64,000 nucleotides of DNA from the human T2T-CHM13v2.0 reference genome, Homo sapiens (GCF_009914755.1 NC_060929.1); one strand, 5' to 3'. Positions 46,926 to 62,281 are shown, counted from the stretch's first letter. Program-made: numbers and translations. The notes: generated by a model from the sequence alone, not told the origin.

Positions 46926-48046
46926 AAAACTGTGACTGTCGCTTTATTTGTACTCAGATTTATGTCTGCCAACTAGATTTAGTGATAAAATAGTTAAAAT
47001 TATATTTACATGTGTCCATAATTTTTTTTAAATTGGGATTATCTTGTCTTCTTTATAAAATATCTAATCTTGTTTATGTTTTCAGATAGAACCATCATGC
47101 ATATTCTTATTTGAATACTAGAGACATTAAATATCAGCAAGTCACCATGTTCCATCCTCTCCCACTATACACAAAAGTTTTGGGATGATCTTGAAAAAGT
47201 TTGTTTGTATTTGGGAAATACAATGGTCTTTAACAAAAAGACACCAAAAAGAAACTCTTGGAAGAACTATTTTAGCCAATTTGTAGCTAGAATATTGTAG
47301 CAATACAATGCGGAAAATGCTATAACTACAATGTAGATATGCCAAGTAATAAAACATTTTTCCCCACAGCTCCTACTCATTAACTTTAGATACTGCATGC
47401 TTCAATTTTGAAGCCTCTAAGAGGTTTTTGTGTGTGTGTGTTTCTTTTTCTTCTCATTCTAATACATAATGGAAACAGTTGTGTCTTTTCTGGGTTTTCA
47501 GGCTTTAAGAGATTTTATAATATGTTTTCTTTTCTACTAAAAGTTGTTTTTCTCTAAATGACTTTGATTTCTTCTAATAGTAAAAGAATGGCTGTGTTTC
47601 TATTATATATTTTACAATCTTATTACTGGAAAATAAATAAACTGCATTTTTTAAAACTTGGAAACATTTTTAGAATTGCATATCTCTTGTTGTTCTTTAC
47701 TTGGTATTTTGTCTACCAAAAGATAGCAGATAATTCAATCAACTCATAGTTTTTTCTAATCTGCAAATATTTGCTTATTCTGCAAATAATTTTTGGTTTT
47801 TGTATATTTTGTTAAATTGAGAAGAATAAATTGTATGTATATATACTACAGTTATATTAGAACTGTATGTTGACCACATTAAATGGCTCTTTTTTCAAAC
47901 TATGAGAAATTATATCAAATAAATTTCCTGAGCATTTGAATGTACTAGATCTCAGATTACATGCTGCGAGAATTGAGACAAATTTCTAACCTGAAGGTGC
48001 TTAAAAGAGCTGACTCAGAGTTTAAGTATCAAAACATTTAAAAGAG

Positions 48047-48338
48047 TGCTGGGCACGGTGGCTCACACCTATAATCCTAGCACTTTGGGAGGCCAAGGTG
48101 GGCAGGTCACTTGAGGTTGGGAGTTCAAGACCAGCCTGACCAACATGGAGAAAGCCTGTCTCTACTAAAAATACAAAATTAGCCAGGAGTGGTGGTGCAT
48201 GCCTGTAATCCCAGCTACTTGGGCGGTTGAGGCAAGAAAATTGCTTGAACTCAGGAGGCAGAAGGCAGAGGTTGCAGTCAACTGGGATTGCGCCATTGCA
48301 CTCTAGCCTAGGCAATAAGAGCGAAATTTCCTCTCAAA

Positions 48339-48371
<33 letters not shown>

Positions 48372-48383
48372 AGAAAGAAAAAG
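48047..48383 (+). mobile_element. Alu (AluSx/Sq-like)
   Basis: Dimeric Alu with a 7-nt internal duplication (ggcagaa) and a long A/GA tail. Confidence 0.94.
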
Positions 48384-48468
48384 TTTAAAAGAAAATAATT
48401 TAACATAATCAAAAATTTTTGTAAGATATTCATATTTTAATAAATTATTATTATTTTTTGGTTTATGG

Positions 48469-49059
48469 TGTAAAGCAAAACTCTCTGAGACAGGTCTCAA
48501 CCAATTTAGAAAATTTATTTTGCCAAGGTTAGGGACATGGCTGTGAGAGCCTCAGGAGTTCCTGACCCCATCTGCCTGACCAAGTTGGCTAGGTTACAGC
48601 TTGATGTTAAACATTTTAGGGAGATATGAGACATCAATCAATACATGTAAGATATACATTGGTTTGGTCCAGAAAAGTGGAACAACTCAAAGCAGGGGCC
48701 TTCAGATCATAGGTAGATTTAAAGATTTTCTGATTGGCAACTGGTTGAAAGGGTTATTATCTAAATAAGGGAATGTCTGGGTTATGATAAGGGGTTGTGA
48801 AGACCAAGGTTTTATCATGTAGATGAAGCCTTCAGGTAGAAGGCTTCAGAGATAATAGACTATAAATGTTTCTTATCCGACTTAAAGAGCCTGTTCTATC
48901 AGTACTTCCAACAGGGAGGAGAGAATAATGAGGCATGTCCAGCTCCCCCTTCCCATCATGGCCTGAGCTACTTTTTCAGGTTAACTTTGGAATGTCCTTG
49001 CTGGAGAGGAGGGTCCATTCAGATGGTTGAGGGGCTTAGAATTTTATTTTTGGTTTACA
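48469..49059 (-). mobile_element. MER4A-type ERV1 solo LTR
   Basis: Reverse strand starts 'tgtaaaccaaaaataaaattctaagcccc'; TG..CA ends; 4 bp TSD-like atgg/atag. Confidence 0.85.
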
Positions 49060-50122
49060 ATAGCAATACTTCAAAAGTCGCTAAGCAAAAAAGATTTAGA
49101 GGCAATATGTAATCACTTTATAATCACATATTTAAATTAAATATTTTAATTTGCCAGAGAGATAATTTAGGACCATTCAAAGGATTTTTAATTCATCCAA
49201 CCTAGTACTTGATGAGTTGTTACACATCATTTTTCAGCTTTTATGACCATTAATTGGTATAAAGACATGGAGTGTTAATTTTAAAAGTAAAGTTTTACTT
49301 TTTTTTTCCAATTTTATAAAACTAAATATATACCCAAACTGATAGATAACAGCTTCGAATAATCTTTATAAGAAGAGCTGTTTTAGTGAAAATTAGATAT
49401 TAGTTTTTCTTTTAAACTGACAATTTTAAAAAATATTTAATTAATTATACAGTATTTTTGACCACAAAGATTTTTCACCATTGTCACTGTTATTATATAA
49501 TAAAGATTATGAATAAATTTTAATAACCTTGGGTTATAAAATTATTTACTATTTACAAAACCAAAAATAAAATGACATATATTGCAATATTTAATTCAAT
49601 GGGAATAAAAACTTTGATTAGGAAAATCCCCATCTAAATATGCAATTCAAGTAGCAACCTCTAGCTTCTTAAGTTAAATAAAAAATTACCTTCTGTTTTT
49701 ATAAGCAGGAAGATAGACAAGTCTACTATTCACTTTTCCATTCAAATGTTCCTTGAGTACTGAAATGGAAATTAATGAACCTCCTTCTCCAAATCAATAC
49801 AGATGCCCACCTCCATATCATAATATATGATCATATCATTGAGGTTTCAAGGACTCTCCTTGATAATAGAAAGCATTTATTAAGATTCTACTATTCACCA
49901 AATTTACTCAGATTATATATATTATCTCCTCTATTTTTAAAACAACCACTTGGAATAAGTGTTGATTAATTCAAACAATATGTATGAATTGTACAACTTA
50001 AAAAACATAAAGTGTCCACCCTCACGAATGTTAAATTATGGTCACAGTAAGTAGAGAGGAGTCAGAAAATGAGCATAACAAATTATCAAAATACAAAATG
50101 TTATTTAAAGATTGGTGTTACC

Positions 50123-50430
50123 GGCTGGGTGTGGTGGCCCATGCCTGTAATCCCAGCACTTTGGGTGGCTGAGGTGGGCAGATCATGAGGTCAGGAGATT
50201 GAGAACGTCCTGGCTAACATGGTGTAATCCCGTCTCTACTAAAAAAAAAAAAAAAAAATACAAAAAATTAGCCAGGCATGGTGGCAGGCGCCTGTGGTGC
50301 CAGCTAGTCAGGAGGCTGAGGCAGGAGAATGGCCTGAACCCAGGAGGCGAAGCTTGCAGTGAGCCAAGATTGCACCATGGCATTCCAGCCAGGGTGACAG
50401 AGCGAGACTCTGTCTAAAAAAAAAAAACAC
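50123..50430 (+). mobile_element. AluY-like
   Basis: Dimeric Alu with an expanded middle A-run; TSD 'agattggtgtta' at 50109-50120 and 50431-50442. Confidence 0.94.
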
Positions 50431-50449
50431 AGATTGGTGTTATTTTTTA

Positions 50450-51020
50450 AAAAGCAGGGAAAGGGAATAGAAGGTGTGGTTGGGAGGAAGTGCTAATTTA
50501 GGTTGAATAGTTAGAGCAAGACTTCCTTCAAAGATGATGTTTTAATACAAATCTAAAGTAGATAAGAGATATAACAAGGGAAATATTTTGGGAAGTGCAT
50601 CTTAGGGAGAACAACAAGGCAAAATCTCAGATTAAACATGTTTAATGTTTACAGAAAACATGTTTGAGATGTTTAGGAATAGCAAGGAAGATAGTGTAGC
50701 CAAAAAGGAAGAAGTGTGGAGAGGTATTTGAAATGATTGAGAGAGAATGATTAAGAGATATTAGATCTCAAAATATTTTAAGTATTTCTAAGGGTTTGGG
50801 ATTTCACTATGAGTGACATAAAAAGTCTTTGACATAAAAAGTCTTACCAGAGGAGTGGCATATGCCTACAGAGAAACACTTTGGCTTTATGGTGAGAATG
50901 ATTGAAGGACAGGGGAAACAAGATCAGTTAGGAGGCTACTATGGCAACTCATCTGTGGCCTAATGATTGTTTGGAACAGTGGCTTTGTGAGTGCAGGGAT
51001 GATGAGGGTTTTGAGGAGTG
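50450..51020 (-). mobile_element. L2 fragment
   Basis: 'tgtttgagatgtttaggaatagcaaggaag...agatcagttaggaggctac' is antisense L2. Confidence 0.65.
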
Positions 51021-51025
51021 ATCTA

Positions 51026-51447
<422 letters not shown>

Positions 51448-51514
51448 GGGGAAAAAATAATATGATAATTTAAGAAAGAAAGCGGAAATGTGTAGTGATG
51501 TCTTTGAATATAAA

Positions 51515-53654
51515 AGGGCCCACCCAGTCCAAATCAGGCTAAAAGACCCCATCACTTTTCCTTATCAAAGGCAATATCCCTTAAGGCCTGAAGCTCATAA
51601 AGGATTACAGGATATTGTTAGACATTTAAAAGCTCAAGGCTTAGTAAGAAAATGCAGCAGTCCCTGCAAAACCTGAATTCTAGGAGCACAAAAACCGAAC
51701 GGTCAGTGGAGACTAGTGCAAGATCTTAGACTCATCAATGAGGGAGTAATTCCTCTATATCCAGTTGTACCCAACCCCTATACTCTGCTCTCTCAAATAC
51801 CAGAGGAAGCAGAATGGTTCATGATTCTGGACCTCAAGGATGTCTTCTTCTGTATTCTGCTGCACTCTGACTCCCAGTTTCTCTTTGCCTTTGAGGATCC
51901 CACAGACCGCACGTCCCAACTTACATGGACAGTCTTGCCTCAAGGTTTTAGGGGTAGCCCTCATCTGTTTGGTCAGGCACTGGCCCAAGATCTAGGCCAC
52001 TTCTCAAGTCCAGGGACTCTGGTCCTTCAGTATGTGAATGATTTACTTTTGCTACCAGTTTGGAAGCCTCATGCCAGCAGGCTACTCTAGATCTCTTGAA
52101 CTTTCTAGCTAATCAAGGGTACAAGGTGTCTAAATTGAAGGCCCAGCTCTGCCTACAACAAGTTAAATATCTAGACCTAATCTTAGCCAGAGGAACCAAG
52201 GCCCTCAGCAAGGAACGAATACAGCCTATACTGGCTTATCCTCACCCTAAGACATTAAAACAGTTGTGGGTGTTCCTTGGAATCACTGGCATTTGCTGAC
52301 TAAGGATCCCCAGATATAGCGAGATAGCCAGGCCCCTATATCCTCTAATTAAGGAGACCCAGAGGGCAAATACTCATCTAGTAGAAAGGAACCCGCAGCA
52401 ACAAGCTTCAAAACCTTAAAGCAGGCCCTAATACAAGCTCCAGCCTTAAGACTTCCCACAGGACAAAACTTCTCTTTATACGTCACAGAGAGAGTCTGAA
52501 TAGGTCTTGAAGTCCTTACTCAGACTCATGGGACAACCCCACAAACAGTGGCATACCTAAGTAAGGAAATTGATATTGTAGTAAAAGGCTGGCCTCACTG
52601 TTTATGGGTAGTTGCAGCAGTGGCCATCTTAGTATCATAGGCTATCAAAATAATACAAGGAAAGGATCTCACTGTCTGGACTACTCACCATGTAAATGGC
52701 ATACTAGGTGCCAAAGGAAGTTATGGCTATCAGACAACCACCGGCTTAGATATCAGGCGCTACTCCTTGAGGGACCAGTGCTTCAAAAATGGATGTGTGC
52801 AGCACTCAACCCTGCCACTTTTCTCCCAGAGGATGGGGAACCAATAGAGCATGACTGCCAACAAATTATATTCCAGACATATGCTACCCAAGAGGATCTC
52901 TTAGAAGTCCTCTTAGCTAATCCTGACCTTAACCTATATACCGATGGAAGTGCATTTGTGGAAAATGGGACACAAAGGGCAGGTTATGCCTTAGTTAGTG
53001 ATGTAACAGTACTTGAAAGTAAGCCTCTTCCCCCAGGGACCAGTGTCCAGTTAGCAGAACTAGTGGCACTTACCCGAGCCTTAGAACTTGGAAAGGGAAA
53101 AAGAATAAATGTGTATACAGATAGCAAGTATGCTTATCTAATCCTATATGCCCATGCTGTAATATGGAAAGAAAGGGAGTTCCTAACCTCTGGGGGAAGC
53201 CCCATTAAATACCACTAGGGAATCATGGAGTTATTGCACACAGTGCAAAAACCCAAGGAGGTGGCAGTCTTACAGTGCTGAAGCCATCAAAAAGGGGAAA
53301 GAGAGGGGAGAACAGCAGCATAAGTGGCTGGCAGAGGCAGGGAAAGACAGCAGAGAGGAAAGGGGTGGGGGGGGGGTGGTGAAGACAGAAAGTCAAAGAG
53401 TGAAGAAGAGAGAGAGAGAGAAGACAAAGTCAAAGAGAGAAGGAAAGAGAGACAGCAAGAGACAGAGAGAAAAAAGGGAGTCAGAGAGAGAGAGAGGAAG
53501 AGACAGAGAGACAGAAAGTCAGAGAAGGAAAGAGAGAAAGAGAGAGAGAGAAAAGTAGTAAAGAAAAAACAGTGTACTCTATTCCTTTAAAAGCCAGGGT
53601 AAATTTAAAACCTATAATTGATAATTGAAGGTCTTCTCCATAAGTCTATAACAC
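51515..53654 (+). mobile_element. HERV9 (ERV9) internal remnant: pol RT plus RNase H and the GA-rich tract, disrupted
   Basis: QDLRLINE...PNPYTLLSQIPEEAEWF..LDLKD.FF, WTVLPQGF, YVND (YxDD mutated, 52031-52042), RNase H LYTDGS...AELVALTRAL...YTDSKYA; several stops and frameshifts; no gag, integrase or env. Confidence 0.92.
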
Positions 53655-53900
53655 ATATATATAACACACATATATATAACAGATATATATATACACCATT
53701 AATTCACACAATTAAATATATATACATATATACCATTAATTCACACAATTAAATATATATGTATATACCATTAATTCACACAATTAAATATATATACATA
53801 TATACCATTAATTCACACAATTAAATATATATTACATATATAATTAAATATATATATTGTGTGAATTAATGGTATGTGTATATATATGTATGTATATATC
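53655..53900. repeat. AT-rich minisatellite (35-37 bp x4) plus one inverted copy
   Basis: 'accattaattcacacaattaaatatatat' at 53695, 53732, 53767 and 53804; reverse-complement copy 'attgtgtgaattaatggta' at 53856-53874. Confidence 0.95.
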
Positions 53901-54057
53901 TATCTGTAATGGGAACCTAAGGGACAGTGAATTATCTTATAATTCCTTATATCCCATGGTCAGCAGATATCAAAAGAAGAATATTCAGTAAAAATAAATA
54001 GCTTTTGTTTTTTTCATTCTATATACTTTTTTCTTATCAATCCCAAAATTTTGATAG

Positions 54058-54215
54058 TGTATCCGGAGTTGGTTCCTTCCGGTGTGTTTGTGTCCTGATG
54101 ACTTCAAGAATGGAGCTGCAGACCTTCGCGGTATTATAGCTGTTAAACATGGCACGGACCCAAAGAGCAAGCAGCAGCAAGATTTATTGTGAAGAGCGAA
54201 AGAACAAAGCTTCCA
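54058..54215 (-). mobile_element. LTR12 (HERV9 LTR) 3'-terminal fragment
   Basis: 'tgtatccggagttggttccttccgg...gacttcaagaatggagctgcagacc...gcagcaagatttattgtgaagagcgaaagaacaaagcttcca' is antisense LTR12, covering AATAAA through the terminal CA. Confidence 0.88.
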
Positions 54216-54771
54216 TATACAATTAATAAAAATATAATTAAATATATATTTAATTGTGTGAATTTTTCCCTCTGATAAACAAATAGAGATTTTGTTATGG
54301 AGACAATTGAGTTGCAAAGTATAATTTGATGTGATACAAAACAATGATAAAACAAAAAGAGAATCATGTATTGGATACGACCAAGGCAAGTTTCTCTCTA
54401 TTCTTACATTAGGAGAAAATGATCTTTTACCAAAGAAGTTTATTTTTTATCTTAAAAGTTCCAGAGCAGGTGGCCTTAGGAGAAAGGATAGTAGATATTA
54501 GAAAGCTTAATTGGTGGTATAAAGAAAGGGGAAAGCCTCAAACGAGTTGACCCTGTCTGCATATTTACTTTGAGAGAATTCTTGAACCACTGAAATTGCA
54601 CCCTATGAACTGCTAACATTCTTAACTGTACTACTTCCGCCTTAATGCATGTCTAATGGTAAATGAAACTCTTGCAAGATAAACAAATGTTTAATATTTT
54701 TTTAAACAGAAATATTAGCCATTACACATGAAGTATGGAGAGTTATGTGCATGGTTCAAAAACATGAAAGA

Positions 54772-55106
<335 letters not shown>

Positions 55107-57197
55107 TTATGAAAGAAGATTAAACCATTCTGAGCTGGTGAAAGACAAGAAACTGACATTTGTTAGTCAAAATATTAGTGTTTTTTCTTAATCAGTTTGG
55201 ATGTGGCCTTAAATGTTAATGAAGAATAATCTAGACAGCCTTTAATTTAAAAAATCATTGTGTCTTGTAATACACTCCAGACCAAAAGTAGTAATCTTAG
55301 TGTAAGCTTTTGGACAGCTATGACTAATTTATTTTTAAGTTCCACTGAGAAGGTTTAAAATTTTTATTTTTTATTTAAAATATAAAAATGTAAAAATAAA
55401 ATATTTGCTTTTAATTCTCTTTCCAGTGATATTTTGTCACAAAATGAGAAAGGCAAATTACAACTTGAATAGAGGCTTCCCATTAGCTCATTCAGCTACT
55501 ATATATCTCAATTTTCAGAAAAAATCATTAGTAATTATATTTTGTTTTGATAATGATAGTTGTTAAACTGTCTCCCCCAGAAGAAAAACCTAGCAAAACA
55601 ATTCTAGATATCCTTGCCTTGACAAGAGTGGCTCCAAAAACAAAATTATGCCATGATAGCAGGAAGTACTTTTCACTGTGTGTCTTTTAAAGGTAAAACA
55701 GTGCATGAAGCCTAGAAAATTATGGTCATAAAAAATTTGAAACTTTTCTTATTTTTGCCAGCCAAATTGTAAAACAATAAAAATATTTAAGCAGAATTTG
55801 AATCAATCAAATGTATAAAATTATAATGCAGAAACAGGATTTGTTAATCTTATTTTAAATCTAACATAGGAAAGTATTAATTTCCAATAGTTTTGTTACA
55901 GCAAATGTATGGATTTAATCAGTGAAGTGTATGTTTCATATAACATGTATGCTATCCTGTCGATTGGATTGTTTTCTGTTTACTTATTTTATCATCCCAC
56001 AAGTTAAGCTTTAGGCTGGTAGAGGATAGGCATCATATAAATATCTCATCCACAGCAATGTTTTGTAAACCCAATTTCCTGCAATAGTTCCAAACGTAAT
56101 AGTTCCAAAATAATGTTTTATTTTTCTTTAGCTTCTAAGCTGTATTATCATTGTTTCCCAGAGATGTCTATATTCCTTCCAAACAAGTTTCTAGGTTCTA
56201 TGTTTTCGGTCATATGACTTCCTTATAAGAAAAATATTTATCTAAGCTCCTTTTCTGACATTCTACAAAATCGATTTATCCTCTCCTTGAACATCCATTT
56301 CAGTCTTATCCTCAACATAAAGCCACTTTGATCCAATAAATCGTTTACTTCAAATGCAAACACACACTGTCCACTCTGAAAACTTACATGACTTTATGGT
56401 ACATCTATGAGGTTACTAACTGTTAAGCTTTAATTAGAGTTATCTGTGCACATGTCTGCTTTGCCATAATAAACACATACTCAGTGTGTATAGGGATTAT
56501 GTCTTAGATACCATGATAGTGGGGCTTCTCAATTCCTATAGAGTATTCACTGGTGAATTTTGATAATAAAAGTAGATGATATTATAGAGATTTAAGGAAA
56601 ATTTGACAGTAAAAACTGATTCTGCTTTACTGCCACAAACCTGTTTGTACCGAAGCTTGGTGGTAATAAGGGTAAGAAGGGTAATCTAAGTAACCGCCTA
56701 CCTAAATTTAGCGATCCCAGATGAACTTGCATAGTAAACAAGGAGAATGAGCTGCTTCAGTTTCTCAATTCAAGGATATTTGTTCGTTTGGTTTTAGACA
56801 CAGATGCCAATAAATAAAACAGGAAAACCCAATGCACATATGCAGTCATATCTACATTAACTTGGCCAGAGAATGTGGAAGAAAGGCTAGATTCTCAAAA
56901 TCAGAAACTCTCACTAACATAAAGACTAAAAGTAATTCTTATATCCTTAACTCAGATTAATTTATTACCTCACTAATTTGTCTACATCTCTACAGTTTCC
57001 CAAAATCTTCTCTAGAGCTTTCACATAGAGTTAGATGAAAAGTGGGTTCAACTATATATTCTGGCTTACTTCATTTACCTTTCATTATTGTAAGGTGGGG
57101 CAGAGGGTAATGAGCATGTCCTACATTTACTTACATCTTTGGTTCTAGTACTACAGTAATTGAATTTCTCCTTTCAAATGAATACCTCATGAGGTCC

Positions 57198-57300
57198 TGA
57201 TGTGATTATTATGCATTGCATACCAGTATCAAAACAGCTCATGTACCCTACAAATATATACACCTATTATATACCCAAGAAAATTTAAGATGAAAAAAAT
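57198..57300 (+). mobile_element. L1MA 3' terminal fragment
   Basis: 'ctgatgtgattattatgcattgcataccagtatcaaaacagctcatgtaccctacaaatatatacacctattat'. Confidence 0.8.
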
Positions 57301-57679
57301 TATAGAAAATCTCTCCTCACATATTGAATTGCCTCAGTTCTTTGGTCAAAATAATACAAATGATTTCATGATTCTATCATTTTTTTCTACAGGATTTGTA
57401 CCCCTTTGCTTCTAAATCCTAGTGACCTGAATATACTCAGTTTTTAATATGCTCAATAAGTAATTTTTATTAATTTCTTTCCCTTCACACAAAGAAGGTA
57501 TCCATCCCTGAAAATCCAACCACCTACCCTATAAATAACTGACATTATCTATAATGTTAAAGTTAATAATTCTCGATATTTATTATAACTATGTATGTGT
57601 ATACACACACACACACACACACATTTTTTTTTTTTTTTTGCCTAAGTAATGAGAGACTTAACATATCATGTATAGAAAC

Positions 57680-57860
57680 AGAGCTGTCCCAGAATCTGCA
57701 GCAACCAATCCAGGAAGCCAAGCCACAAACCCGGTAGCAATCATCCCAAAACAGTCACTGCTTAAACAATAACTAACAATTTCCCTCATTTTTGTCCCCA
57801 CTTCCAATTTAGGACCAACTAGAGACAACCAAATATATTCCCCTAATCAATCATGAGAGT
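57680..57860 (+). mobile_element. ERV1 LTR fragment (MER34-like)
   Basis: 'gcaaccaatccaggaagccaa...ccacttccaatttaggaccaac'. Confidence 0.45.
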
Positions 57861-60319
57861 TTCACTCCCCCAACTGCATCTTCTCAATTAGCACATACAG
57901 CCTGCTGAACTTTTGATTAAGTACTTTAGCAATTATTTGCTAGTCTTTTCTAACCTTGTGTAGTGAATACATTTATTATTTTAATGCTTTAGAGTGTTTC
58001 TTAGATATGGTGTGTTTTTCATCTCTTTAATTATTTACCAGGACCTATCACTTGGCTTACAAATATTAGGTGCTGAGTAAATCTTGGTTAAATAATAAAC
58101 TAGTATTGTTTGCCTTATTAATCATTTATTTTATGATATTTTGATAGCTGTGGCAATAGCCTAATAAAATGAACTTACGTGATACCATTTGGTTTATAAA
58201 ACATTTTTTAATTAGAACTTATTTGTTCCACTGTCTTCACTGAAGCATGTGATTTGTAAGTTATTATCTTATCAAATATATAAATGAAGCCTTTTCTTAA
58301 GATTAATGAACTAGTTGCTTATTAGATATGATGATCACTACAATCAGTGCTATCCTCAATTTTAAGCTTAATTCTAAGGCTTTATATTCCAAATATATTC
58401 AGGTATATGCTCTTCGCTTGTTTGTTTGGTTTTGTGCTTGTGTTTTTGAATTGTGTTTTTCATGCCTTGGATATCCCGATGTGCTTATAAATTATGCAGT
58501 ACAAATAGACATCAGTATGCTTATTGATAAAATCCTACTGGCTATTTCCATAAGGTGGCTTTCAAATTTATGGTTTTTTTTTTTTAGCTCCTGCTTATAA
58601 CTAAAATCTTCGTAAGTGATATTTTTGTGTTCTTTTTGTTGTCTACTGTTATTCTCTTCAATTTCACACATGTCTTTCAAGTGCATACAAAAGGTGGGGG
58701 AGATGAGAATGACTAAAATAAAAACAATTAAAATATCGTTTCTATTTGTTTTCTAGTAAAAACATCATAATCTTTGAAATTTCACCTTATATTTAAATCT
58801 TTCATTTTTCATTTAAGCTTTTTACATATTTTCTGTTTTAATGCTAATATAAATGTGTTGGAAGTTTAAAATAAATGTCTCCTATAACGTCTTAATTTTT
58901 AACATAATTTCAAGAATCTAATATATTTCTAGTTTAGAAGTATTGCTTTTGTTGAAGTTACAAATGCTGATAATGATAATGAAGCAGCTTCAATAAAAGA
59001 TGATCTAATAATTCTTTGTGTTTTGGAACAAACTTAATAAATTACGTTACAGCATTCACAATGCTTAGGTAGTTGTTTTATTTTTTTTCCAAAGTTCTCC
59101 AATACTTTATAGTCACTTATTTTGTAGTAAGAGGATTGTCCTTGTAGGCAAATCTAAAGTATCATTTGCTATGTATCAGTATTTTCTTTATTTCTCCTTT
59201 AGGAGACGTTTCTTTTTTATTTTGTGATAAGGCAGAAAAATAGAATGAGCCCAAGGGTGTTATTTAATTACATGTTTTCTCAGCTACAAATCAAATAGGT
59301 CACTTCCTTCTGAATGAAACCATGATGATAAAGGAAGATGGCATCAGAAATATTATCAGAAAAATGATAGTCAAAAGGAAATTTGTCCTGAGACCAGACA
59401 AATTAAGATGAGTTTTCTATCTCCACTAATAGCAACCAGTAGGAGACCCCTCTAGGTTTACCGCCCAGCTTAAGCCAATAATAACATTATTTTTCCTATG
59501 AAATCCATGTCTATTCCCTAATTCATATGGTTGTAACTTCAGTGGAGGTGTCAGTACAATAAGTTCTGTTCCCATGGCCACAAATGACTGCACAAGTGGC
59601 GACTTTACCAAAGACAATAATCCATTTCCCATGATTTAAAATTGGTATTAGATGATTAGTATCTAAAAGATTATAGTTTAATTTGTGCTGGTGCCTTCAA
59701 AAAAGCAACTTTACGATGTATGCCTTATAGAGCAATGTGTCTACAGTACTTGAACAAAGTTGCAGAACATAATACAGGTTACAGCCAAAGAATAGTGATG
59801 TAGCTAAACATTGAGAACCATAAATAAGGTTATCTTGAGTTACTGATGTATTTCTATTTCTTATTTCAATTGATTTCTGAGCTCTGGGTATATTTTGGCC
59901 CATTGATTTTTGAATCCTCAAAATAAGAGTTTTTCTACTTAAACTCAAGTTGTTTTTTGTTATTTACAGAATGTTAATATAGACTCAGTGCCACATATGC
60001 CAATACAGCCTTGGCCAGAGATGAGCTACCTTTGCATATTAGACTGTGCAAATATTTATTATTCAAGTTCACATAGCCTATGTAAATATCCTAAAATATA
60101 GGATACATAGAATATTCAAAAATACATTAAACTCTCGGTTTCTCAAGGTCAAAGACTTTGCAGAGCAAGTTTTATTTTTAAATATATATTCACAAAAGTA
60201 TACACTGAAAAGTAATATATACTCATCTACAATATACTCATATTTACTAGTCAGGGAATCTTCAGAGTATCAAGTAGTTAAAGAGGATATTATTTTCCCT
60301 ATTTTCAAATTACCATGCT

Positions 60320-60620
60320 AAGTGACTTATATAGGGTCATGTAGATAATTGGCCTCTTCACAGCATGGTGTTCTCAAAGTAGTCAGACATCTTACAAGGC
60401 GGCTGGCTTTTAAGACAGAGCATGTAAAGTGGTTAAAGGTGGAAGCTCCAGATCTTTCAACATGTAATCTGAGCATTTATCCAAGGTCACTTTACCACAT
60501 TCTATTGGTTAAATCAGGTCACAGGACTTGCCTTCTTTCAAAGGAAGAAAAAAATAGACTTCAACTCTTTAAGGTAGAAATAATAAAGGATTTGCATGCA
60601 TTTTCAATTTATTGCTCTAA
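60320..60620 (-). mobile_element. Old MLT1 fragment
   Basis: 'cagcatggtgttctcaaagtagtcagacatcttaca...cactttaccacattctattggttaaatcaggtcacagg'. Confidence 0.65.
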
Positions 60621-61936
60621 CAGACTGGCATGGGCTCAGTCATGCCAGGATCTGTAATACCAAAAATGGGGCTATTAATTTTAAGGATGATCATAATCAA
60701 ACAAAGATCTCCCTACTCTACAATAGCATATAAAATACTTTGAATTTGATCTTCTTGAGTAAAATAAATATTTTGCACAGTTTTGAAATATATATGGTAT
60801 TATTAATACTAGGTGTTAATAATACTAATAAATGTTATAACTTATAAGGCACTGGAATGCCAAATAACCAATTTCCTGTAGCACTTTAGCTTTCTAAAAT
60901 TCTACATTTAAATGAGATCTGGCCCATTATATATTTAACTTACTATTTCAAAAGTGGTTTTACTATAAGTAAATAGTGTACCTACTTCTCTAAGGGCTAA
61001 CTATAGAATAATAGGGTATTTAGCAAGAAATGAAATGAGAGGCTAAAATACTTGTCTACCAAGTAGACAGGTATCATGTGTAAATAACAAGGTACTTATG
61101 AAAATTACTTCATAAGAATCAATGGAAGAAAACATAAAGTACATAAATTATTGGTGATATAGTAGTAACTGCTCTGAAAAAGAAAACTTGTCTCTATCAT
61201 ATAGGAGGAATGTGCCACTACAAATGGAACTTCACTGCTATTCCAGTATCAGTAGGATAGGTACTAGGAGTTGATTTTGTAGTGATGTTTTAAATTTATG
61301 AAGTATAGTATATATTTCCCAGGAGGTGGAATGGGGGAAAGATTTTAGAACCTAGCCTTTGGCCAGAAAAATTTTATTTGTTCAACACAAACATATATGA
61401 AAGGGTTTAACATTACGGGAAACTTAATTGGTAATTGTTAACAGAGCTTCAGTGTCAAAAATTCATAGAAACCTCAAAGCTCATCTCTAAAATGTTTGAC
61501 CCTTGTTTTTAATCTCTCTGAATTCTGACCCTCCATCTAAAATAGCTAAACAGAAACACTGAGATGTTCCATTTTCACCTAAAAGTTGGCATTTTGAAAA
61601 CTGAATTCATAATTTTCTTGACAAAACAAATTTCAGGGTTACCTTAATTATCCAATCTTTTGTTTCAGTGTAACTTCTCTTTCAGCCATCCCTTTCTTTT
61701 TATTCCTACAGCTAATGCTCTGTTTCATGTCCCTATATGCCAGCTGAAACACTGAAATGAGATGGTCTATTCTTCCAACTTAATTATTAGGACACATTTG
61801 CATAGTACTTTATTGGTTTTGCTGAAATAATAATTTATTATATGGGATTCATACAACCTACCTATTAGACTCAGGCTGCTGAACATGGTATATTATGCTG
61901 TTAGGTTCAAAACACAAACTTTTCTTCCAGTTTTAG

Positions 61937-62281
<345 letters not shown>

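Noticed and set aside
51488-53218. RT plus RNase H next to a repeat array as a retron/CRISPR-RT/DGR-like system
   Set aside because: The RT is HERV9 pol with YVND, stops and frameshifts; the array has no unique spacers (only (TA)n variation); the DNA is primate.
53324-53590. Arg/Glu-rich ORFs
   Set aside because: Translation of the GA-rich low-complexity tract of HERV9.
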